IMG/VR virus record: IMGVR_UViG_3300037258_001195
Location: 28,988 to 92,987 of that record
Reading direction: 5' to 3' (one strand)
From: a virus
DNA length: 64,000 nt
The notes beneath the pieces were generated by a model. That model was not told where the DNA came from, did not search any database, and saw nothing but the letters and a program-made list of their open reading frames with translations. Of the stretch, positions 57,198 through 64,000 are shown piece after piece. The position numbers and the translations under genes are program-made. Position 1 is the stretch's first letter, and each line of letters opens with the position of its first letter.

Positions 57198-58400
57198 GTG
57201 TCAAACGACTGGATAGAGACATTCCTCGAATACACGGACTCCATTCGAAGTCCCCGTGTTTTTCGCCTATGGACAGCGATCGGAATGATATCGGCAATCC
57301 TAGAGCGGAAGGTTTGGACCGAAACCGACGTGCGACCCTTATTCCCAAACACCTACATCGTCCTCTCCGGCCATCCCGGCAGTGGAAAGTCTGTCGGGGT
57401 TGGCCTTGCGCGCGAAATGCTAGCTGGACTGGGTGGCGCCGGCGGAATCCATCTCGGCCCCGACAACCCGACCGAAGCCTCGTTCATGGACGCCCTTTAC
57501 GCCAGCGCAAAGCCATCGATCAACGGCTCAGGCGGAATCCTACATTCATGTATGACAGTCCTTTGTCGCGAGTTCGGGGTTTTGATCCCTAAGTATTCCG
57601 AGTCCTTCATGGCGACCCTCGGCGACTTGTGGGACAATCCCCCAATGTTCACCGCGCCCCGAAGACAATCCAAATCTGTCGCAATCGAATGTCCGACATT
57701 GAATCTTCTTGCCGCTGCGACTCCTGCCGCGCTCGGCGACATGCCCGAGAAAGCCTGGAAAGAAGGCTTCGCAAGTCGTGTGATTTTCATCTATGGCGCA
57801 AGTGCTAAAGAATACCGGAATGTTTTCGTGAAACCCAGGCTAGCCGACCTTTCCCGTCTAAAGAAAACCCTCGACGAGTGGTTCCATGAAATCCACGGTG
57901 CGTTCGAATGGTCCGATGCAGCCGCCGACGCCCATCTGAAATGGCTCAACGGTGAGAACCTAGCACCAGTTCCAACTTACGGTCGCCTGGAGCACTATCT
58001 CTCCCGTCGCAACGAACACGCCATGAAGCTGATGATGATTTCATCAGTTTCCGCCGGGAATGGCCTTGTGATTGAATTGTCCGATTTCGAGCGGGGCCGC
58101 CAATGGCTTCTAGACGCGGAGCAAACGATGCCCGACGTTTTCCGCGCGATGAGCCAAAAATCCGACATGCAGATAATGCAAGACGCGCATCATTTCGTCT
58201 ACGCACGGTATTCGCGGGTGGGATTGAAGGACCGGAAGCCGGTTGCCGAGACCCTCGTTGCTCGGTTTTTCGAAAACAAAACGACATCAGAACGCATCAC
58301 GGGATTAATCGAAACGATGGTCCGGACCGGGCGCCTAAAGAGAACCCAATTCGGGGGATACGTTCCTGGCGAATTAGACATTTCCCAAAGCATCGAATAA
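57198..58400 (+). CDS. DUF3987-like P-loop ATPase (putative replicative helicase)
   Basis: SP..F..W, PN.Y..L.GHPGSGKS, EFG, LWD, AATP, GFASR. Confidence 0.75.
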   Translation: MSNDWIETFLEYTDSIRSPRVFRLWTAIGMISAILERKVWTETDVRPLFPNTYIVLSGHPGSGKSVGVGLAREMLAGLGGAGGIHLGPDNPTEASFMDALYASAKPSINGSGGILHSCMTVLCREFGVLIPKYSESFMATLGDLWDNPPMFTAPRRQSKSVAIECPTLNLLAAATPAALGDMPEKAWKEGFASRVIFIYGASAKEYRNVFVKPRLADLSRLKKTLDEWFHEIHGAFEWSDAAADAHLKWLNGENLAPVPTYGRLEHYLSRRNEHAMKLMMISSVSAGNGLVIELSDFERGRQWLLDAEQTMPDVFRAMSQKSDMQIMQDAHHFVYARYSRVGLKDRKPVAETLVARFFENKTTSERITGLIETMVRTGRLKRTQFGGYVPGELDISQSIE

Positions 58401-58411
58401 GGAAATCTCAA

Positions 58412-58633
58412 ATGGCTCGAGTAGACATAGATTATAAAGCGGGAACATTTCATATCGACTGCATAGTGGGTGATATGAAAGTCGCCGCCCTAAAACTCCA
58501 CGCCCTGGATTTGAGCTATAAATACGACCTACGTCCCAGACAGGGCATCTGGGCCAATCAAACCGACCCAAGCGCCCGTAAAGTCGCCGCCCTAGAACTC
58601 CTTCATTGGGCTTTTGTCGGATCATCCGAGTAA
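58412..58633 (+). CDS. Hypothetical protein with an internal KVAAL repeat
   Basis: AAGGA RBS. Confidence 0.5.
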   Translation: MARVDIDYKAGTFHIDCIVGDMKVAALKLHALDLSYKYDLRPRQGIWANQTDPSARKVAALELLHWAFVGSSE

Positions 58634-58639
58634 CAGCCG

Positions 58640-58942
58640 ATGTGGATCTTCGACACAATCCTGCGCGCGATTATCTGGACCATAACGCGCCAATTTATCT
58701 TCAACCTCTTTAGGAGACACTACATGTCTCGTCGAGTTGAATACGATTCTCGTGGCCGAACCAGCCGAGACTTAGAAACGACAGAAATTTCTGGTGAACT
58801 CCATCATGAGACAGAGAAAGCCTATTTGTTCTATGATGGAAAAACTGAAGATTGGGTTCCCAAGAGCCAAGCCTCTTGGGACTCAACAGACCAAATCATG
58901 TCAATGCCATTATGGCTAGCCCAAAAGAAGGGATTTGTCTGA
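58640..58942 (+). CDS. Hypothetical protein (ET.KA..W.PKSQ..MP.WLA family)
   Basis: Likely start 58724 after AGGAG. Confidence 0.6.
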   Translation: MWIFDTILRAIIWTITRQFIFNLFRRHYMSRRVEYDSRGRTSRDLETTEISGELHHETEKAYLFYDGKTEDWVPKSQASWDSTDQIMSMPLWLAQKKGFV

Positions 58943-58943
58943 A

Positions 58944-59270
58944 ATGAAACTCGTAATTCTAGAATCGCCCTATGCTGGCGATATCGACCGAAATGTCCGT
59001 TACGCGCGTCGAGCGTTGTTAGACTGTCTTCGTCGGAACGAAGCCCCGATTGCCAGCCATCTGCTCTTCACCCAACTCGACGTCCTTGACGACTCAATTG
59101 CCCAACAACGCAAGCTCGGAATGCTTGCGGGACACGCATGGTATAGGGTTGCCGACCTCTGCGTTGTGTATGAGGATTATGGAATCAGCGCTGGTATGAT
59201 AGAGGGACTAGAAGTGGCTCAAAGTTGGCAACTCCCAATAGAAGTCCGGAAGATCGGAGAAAACTCATGA
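58944..59270 (+). CDS. DUF7768/DUF4406-like nucleotide-metabolism-associated protein
   Basis: VILESPYAGD..RN..YAR, PIASHL, D.GIS.GM. Confidence 0.7.
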   Translation: MKLVILESPYAGDIDRNVRYARRALLDCLRRNEAPIASHLLFTQLDVLDDSIAQQRKLGMLAGHAWYRVADLCVVYEDYGISAGMIEGLEVAQSWQLPIEVRKIGENS

Positions 59271-59872
59271 CCGGCGTATCCCAAGACATCGCAAATCGAA
59301 AAGAAGAATGGGATATGCGAGACAAGACTCGTTTCATCATCGCCCTTTGCGGCCCGGCAGGGTGCGGCAAAACCACCCTCGCCAATCTCCTAATCGCAAA
59401 GCATGGCTTCATCCGCCTAAGTTTCGCCGCCCCAATCAAAGTCATGATTGGAAGCCTCTTAGACATTCAGGGCACGACGGTTGAAATCAAAAATCGAATG
59501 CTCTTCGGAGACCTAAAGGAAACTCCAACCCCATTCTTGTCCGATCGTTCCCCTCGCTATGCGATGCAGACCCTCGGTTCAGAATGGCGCGATCTCATGG
59601 ACCGCCAATTCTGGAACAACATCTGGAAAGTCGCAGCGACAAGACTTTCCAAAATCATCATCGACGACATGAGATTTGTGCACGAAGAGGAAATCGTTCG
59701 TAGCATGGGCGGAAAGATATTCTTGATTGTACGCCCAGACGTTGGGCCGGGCGATCACATTAGTGAGCAGGAGTATTTGAAAATTAGTCCACATGGAGTT
59801 ATTCAGAACAATTCTGACCCAAAACACATGTTAACGCAACTATTAGATCAAATTATGGAGAATACCCTATAA
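59267..59872 (+). CDS. Deoxynucleoside monophosphate kinase
   Basis: GPAGCGKTT, SFAAPIK, PR..MQTLG.E..R, DD.RF..E, H.SE. Confidence 0.88.
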   Translation: MTGVSQDIANRKEEWDMRDKTRFIIALCGPAGCGKTTLANLLIAKHGFIRLSFAAPIKVMIGSLLDIQGTTVEIKNRMLFGDLKETPTPFLSDRSPRYAMQTLGSEWRDLMDRQFWNNIWKVAATRLSKIIIDDMRFVHEEEIVRSMGGKIFLIVRPDVGPGDHISEQEYLKISPHGVIQNNSDPKHMLTQLLDQIMENTL

Positions 59873-60082
59873 TGTCTCCACAGGCCAAATATAATAGAGA
59901 AATACGAAAATGTCCATTAGTCCGCGCCCTGGAGGCGGAGAGACAACATGACCGAAGAAATACGCCCGAATATAGAAACCGCGCAGCGGCATATTTTCGT
60001 GCATACCGAACACAACGCAGAACGTTGAAGCATAAGTGAAAGTGTCCTATGCTGAATCCATGCAAGCCTCACGGGAGGAATA

Positions 60083-60322
60083 TTGATGAATAATCTTCGC
60101 CGACAGCCTAAATTGCCCCGAAAAGGTCCTCGGCCCATACCAATTCCACAATCTGAAATAGACAAATTCCTTTCCACTGGCAAGGAGATAATCTACGTAA
60201 CTCCCGAAATGGTCGCTGAATACGAGGAATGGAAAATATTGCAATACAATCGAAAGAAACAGTCGGGATTTCGGCCGGGCAACCCCTGGCCGATTAACAA
60301 GGAGATGAAAAATCATGACTAA
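60083..60322 (+). CDS. Hypothetical protein
   Basis: GGAGG RBS. Confidence 0.5.
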   Translation: MMNNLRRQPKLPRKGPRPIPIPQSEIDKFLSTGKEIIYVTPEMVAEYEEWKILQYNRKKQSGFRPGNPWPINKEMKNHD

Positions 60323-62330
60323 AGCGCTTGTGTTGAACATTAAGGACTACGCTCATATAACTCTCCCAACATTATACCAAACACAAACTCATTTGACAAA
60401 ATATAGCAGATGGCTACCAGAACAGAAACGACGTGAGACTTGGCCAGAAACAGTATTTAGATATCTAGACTTTATAATCAATCACGCTGCAACGAACTTC
60501 GGCTATATACTAACTGACACTGAGCAACGTGAAATTGCCGAAGCAATACTTTTACTTAGAAATATGCCTTCCATGCGCGCAATGATGACTGCTGGACTAG
60601 CTCTTGAATTGGACAACGTCGCAGCGTATAACTGTGCCTATGCCCCCATCGCCGATCTTGAAACTCATTCAGAAGCCTTCTATTTATCTATGTGCGCGGT
60701 TGGTTTTGGCTTCTCAGTTGAACGGCAATGGATAAATCAATGCCCCGAACTGCCTAAAGAACTTCAACGATGTGACGCAATTATCGAAGTTCCAGACGAT
60801 CGAATCGGATGGGCTGAGTCATATCGTCGCCTTCTTACACTCCTCTTTACTGGCTTCATACCAAAATGGGATGTGAGCAAAGTGCGTCCTTCTGGGGCTG
60901 CATTAGTAACATTCGGTGGCCGAGCATCTGGACCAGCTCCACTAATTGAATTGTTTCATCATGCCATCACCATAGTTAGTGAAGCTGTTAATAATGGCAT
61001 GACACGACTAAATTCTATCCAGCAACACGACTTAATGACAAAGATGGCTGATGTTGCAGTTAGTGGTGGAGTTCGACGCGCAGCTATGATTTCACTTAGT
61101 AATCCATCAGACGATCGAATGCGTCGAGCGAAAATGGGAAATTGGTTTACTGATAAGTCTCATTTCTCGCTTGCTAATAATTCCGAGGTGTGGACAGATT
61201 CACCCTCATCGGAAGAATTTGCCGAATCTTGGCTTGCACTAATACGGTCGAAAAGCGGGGAACGTGGCGTAATTAACCGCAAGGCATTGATTGATCAATG
61301 TCGTAAAGCCCGCCGTCTTGACGTAGATCGATATGGTCCCGAATATGGACTTAATCCATGCGCCGAAGTTATCTTGAGGCCGTATCAATTCTGTAACTTG
61401 TCGACCAGTATCCTACGTGCCGATGATAGCTTGGATTCAATTCTATCGAAAGTTCGTGTCGCAACAATTCTTGGTACACTTCAATCGACATTAACCAACT
61501 TTCGTTACCTTCGTAACGACTGGCGAAGAAATTGCGAAGAAGAGCGGCTGCTTGGCGTTAGTCTCAATGGTATCTTCGATAATCGATATATGGCTGGACT
61601 AGATTACATTCGTAATGGATCATATCTTACCGAAAACTTTACCTTAGACGGAGTTAAGTGCGAACTTCCTGATGCTCTTGCCGCAATGCGCGATGTAGCA
61701 GTACAGACAAATTCAGAATGGGCAGATCGTCTGGGTATCAATGCTAGCGCAGCTATAACTAGCATAAAGCCAGAAGGAAATAATAGTAATCTAGTCGGAT
61801 GTAGCTCTGGACTTCATGGTGCCCATGCTAAGCCATATTATATCCGAACTAATCGGGCCAACAAGGTAGACAAGCTAGGTCAATTTCTCACAGTCAATGG
61901 TGTCTATACCGAAGATGACGTGCGATCGCCGCATACGACAAGCGTGCTATTCTTCCCGATTAAAGTTCCCGACGAAGCAGTAACGCGTGATGAATATACG
62001 GCAATCGAGCACCTTAATATATGGAAAATCTACGCAATGAATTATTGCGAGCATAAGCCCTCAATAACAGTCTCTATAAAGGACGCTGAATGGATGAGGG
62101 TTGGCGCGTGGGTTTATGACAACTTTGATATCATGTCCGGCACAGCATTCTTGCCATTTAGTGACGCGAATTATCAACAAATGCCATATATGGACTGTAC
62201 GAAAGAAGAATGGGAGAAGTTAAACGCTCGAACACCCAAGGCTATAAATTTCTCAGCCTTTAGCGAAGATGCAGATTATACAGAATCTGCTAAAACATTC
62301 GCTTGCGTTGGTGGAGCATGTGAGTTCTAA
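60315..62330 (+). CDS. nrdJ: Class II (adenosylcobalamin) ribonucleotide reductase, RTPR type
   Basis: RRETW.ETV.R, PSMR, YNC, GGVRRAA, NPCAE, CNL, TSIKPEG, C-terminal ACVGGACE. Confidence 0.93.
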   Translation: MTKALVLNIKDYAHITLPTLYQTQTHLTKYSRWLPEQKRRETWPETVFRYLDFIINHAATNFGYILTDTEQREIAEAILLLRNMPSMRAMMTAGLALELDNVAAYNCAYAPIADLETHSEAFYLSMCAVGFGFSVERQWINQCPELPKELQRCDAIIEVPDDRIGWAESYRRLLTLLFTGFIPKWDVSKVRPSGAALVTFGGRASGPAPLIELFHHAITIVSEAVNNGMTRLNSIQQHDLMTKMADVAVSGGVRRAAMISLSNPSDDRMRRAKMGNWFTDKSHFSLANNSEVWTDSPSSEEFAESWLALIRSKSGERGVINRKALIDQCRKARRLDVDRYGPEYGLNPCAEVILRPYQFCNLSTSILRADDSLDSILSKVRVATILGTLQSTLTNFRYLRNDWRRNCEEERLLGVSLNGIFDNRYMAGLDYIRNGSYLTENFTLDGVKCELPDALAAMRDVAVQTNSEWADRLGINASAAITSIKPEGNNSNLVGCSSGLHGAHAKPYYIRTNRANKVDKLGQFLTVNGVYTEDDVRSPHTTSVLFFPIKVPDEAVTRDEYTAIEHLNIWKIYAMNYCEHKPSITVSIKDAEWMRVGAWVYDNFDIMSGTAFLPFSDANYQQMPYMDCTKEEWEKLNARTPKAINFSAFSEDADYTESAKTFACVGGACEF

Positions 62331-62510
62331 AGAGAACCTTCGAAGTCTAGCCAGCCGCGAGGAACGGACATTTGGTTGGGCCGGTGTACTGAATGAGGCC
62401 GCTGGACTCCCGCGAAGCGGGTCTGGATGTTTTGTTTCTCAGGTTGGGGCTTTAATCGGACGAGATTATTTCGCGCCCGGGAGCAGGAGCCGCTAACTGC
62501 TGCTAAATCT

Positions 62511-62553
62511 AGGGGAGCCCCAAGGCATTTGTTACCTTAGGGCAATTCCCCAT
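62511..62553. terminator. Hairpin at the convergence of the two arms (possible bidirectional terminator)
   Basis: GGGGA-GCCC-AAGG / CCTT-GGGC-TCCCC imperfect stem. Confidence 0.45.
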
Positions 62554-62560
62554 TCAACGT

Positions 62561-63343
62561 TTACCGCAGCGCCGACATCTGCGCCGTGACATCATCGAGC
62601 GACATGCCGAGCGGCGTGCGCCCGGTCTTCTCGACCCAAAGCGAATTGACCAAGGCATAGCACTCATCGACCTGAGCCGCCTCGAAGTCGAGGGTCATAT
62701 AATAGTCACGACCCCATGACATCGTGCGGAGGCTTGGGGTGGCTGTACCGGGTGGGGGGCCATAACCGGCCCATCCGACGCAGTGACCACCTACCGTCCG
62801 GACGTCTGCGCCTGGTGAATTAATCCATACGCCGGGGGGTTCACCCTGTTCCAGCCACGCCGGCACGTTGAACCCGACATCCACCACGCCGCACTCGTAG
62901 ATGGCGCGCTCGATATCATACACGTTGCGCGGATCGACCTCGAAGAAGCCAGTTAGCAAGTTGCGTGAGCCGTCGGGCATCGGGAAACCGACATTCATCC
63001 AGTATTTGAGAACATCCTGGATCACCGCTCCTCGATCACTCGACGAACCCGGAGTGCCATCCCAGCCAGTGGTCTCGCGGTAGAACTGGAGCGCTAACTC
63101 CCGCGGAATGACGATCTCCTCACCGCCTGCGAACCGAGACCAGACTTGGATCGCATGAGCAACGAGAGCTGCCGTGCAGTCCCCCACCGTATCATTTCCC
63201 TCCATGCCCTGATCGGCTGGAAGAGGCGACGTGTAGTCGAGTGCCTGTGGTATCGCAATAGGAGCGACGCTTCGCATCTGAAGCGAACTTAGGTGCGGAA
63301 CACCTGGGTCGAAAATGCGCGGTAGGCGGCCCCAACGAGTCAT
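62561..63343 (-). CDS. Papain-like (C1-type) cysteine peptidase
   Basis: GND..GDCT.A (Cys), GGHCV (His), SWG. Confidence 0.75.
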   Translation of the reverse strand: MTRWGRLPRIFDPGVPHLSSLQMRSVAPIAIPQALDYTSPLPADQGMEGNDTVGDCTAALVAHAIQVWSRFAGGEEIVIPRELALQFYRETTGWDGTPGSSSDRGAVIQDVLKYWMNVGFPMPDGSRNLLTGFFEVDPRNVYDIERAIYECGVVDVGFNVPAWLEQGEPPGVWINSPGADVRTVGGHCVGWAGYGPPPGTATPSLRTMSWGRDYYMTLDFEAAQVDECYALVNSLWVEKTGRTPLGMSLDDVTAQMSALR

Positions 63344-63459
63344 CGCTTATCTCCCATATTACAATGCGCCGGAGTGGCACCGTCAACGAAGAAGCAATCT
63401 ATCTGACCACATCCCACAAGCGCGAGAATTACGACCGTGAGGGCAAAAAATCGTATCAT
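63340..63459 (-). CDS. Small lipoprotein
   Basis: GGAGG RBS; MIRFFALTVVILALVG|C lipobox. Confidence 0.55.
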   Translation of the reverse strand: MIRFFALTVVILALVGCGQIDCFFVDGATPAHCNMGDKR

Positions 63460-63797
63460 TGGATTTCCTCCGACATTTTCGGAATTAGCATATAATGGCT
63501 GGGCCGGTTGATCTCGGCGTCTTCCCAGCCCGTGACGACCCACCGGTCATGCTTGTCGGACCAGCGACCCTTTGCGGCCCACCAGAGGCCGTAGTGCGTT
63601 CCGGGGCCGTCATCGTCACCCTGTAGCCGCGTGCAGCCGTCAGCGCCGATCCACCCATAGCGGATGAGGATAAGCGGCTCGCCGTCTCGTCGGGCATTGA
63701 TTATCGGGAGCATCATTTGGGCACCTGCAGGTGGGCCAGCGCCGTAGCGGACAGCCGGTCGGGTGGGGTCAGCTCGGGAGGCAATGCCGGCTTCCAC
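63456..63797 (-). CDS. Hypothetical protein (DUF551-like pattern)
   Basis: PI..A.RDG..L ... PSHYM.IP; start uncertain. Confidence 0.5.
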   Translation of the reverse strand: MEAGIASRADPTRPAVRYGAGPPAGAQMMLPIINARRDGEPLILIRYGWIGADGCTRLQGDDDGPGTHYGLWWAAKGRWSDKHDRWVVTGWEDAEINRPSHYMLIPKMSEEIQ

Positions 63798-64000
63798 ATC
63801 AGCACCCGTTCGAGCGACACCGGCCCCTTCGTGCTATGGACCGTCGTCGAACCGCGCTCAATCCACGATATCCAGCGGTTCTCGGGAGGCGGATCGTCGC
63901 GCCATCCGAGAGCGATGAGCCGGGCATATCCGTCGTACAGGCACCCGATCGCTTGCCTGTCGTCAGGATAAGCTTCCGCGCGGCGGAGTTCCTGTTGGTC

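Noticed and set aside
58478-58600. 15-bp direct repeat AAAGTCGCCGCCCTA
   Set aside because: In-frame intragenic KVAAL repeat; no sign of an att site or mobility
62331-62500. Possible ncRNA or tRNA after nrdJ
   Set aside because: Only one clear short hairpin (CCCGC-GAA-GCGGG) and no cloverleaf
1-64000. Integrase/repressor, DGR, PurZ or 7-deazaguanine modification genes
   Set aside because: No recognisable motifs in this window; lifestyle cannot be determined from it

Overview
This window holds most of a tailed dsDNA phage genome (siphovirus-like), probably infecting an alphaproteobacterium, judged from the GTA-like DUF2460/DUF2163/NlpC/tail-tip block and a DUF6362 gene. Two arms diverge from a palindromic non-coding region at about 35.75-36.77 kb. 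The minus arm (35.7 kb to 1) carries a TerS-like gene, a glycosyl/methyltransferase cluster, TerL, portal, prohead protease/scaffold, capsid, neck, tail, tape measure, tail tip and lysis-type membrane genes. The plus arm (36.8-62.3 kb) carries small early genes, an AAA+/vWA-like pair, a Sak4-type recombination module, a ParB-methyltransferase, a split UDG-exonuclease/PolA polymerase, dCTP deaminase, a DUF3987 helicase-like ATPase, dNMP kinase and a class II RNR. I saw no integrase, tRNA or CRISPR array. Main findings: (1) a tailspike and its two neighbours all have Sec signal peptides, two of them with paired cysteines, suggesting periplasm-routed virion appendages; (2) at least five unrelated small proteins share a C-terminal D-L-x-L-A-[ILM]-D-L-type motif; (3) two HNH genes flank the UDG-exo gene, each leaving a recoded duplicate of one of its termini; (4) the DNA polymerase is split inside its proofreading domain and has unusual motif residues; (5) the portal is fused to a pyrophosphatase-like domain and ends in a copy of the capsid N-terminal peptide; (6) a probable virion glycosylation system. 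All family assignments come from motif recognition by eye, not from database searches.
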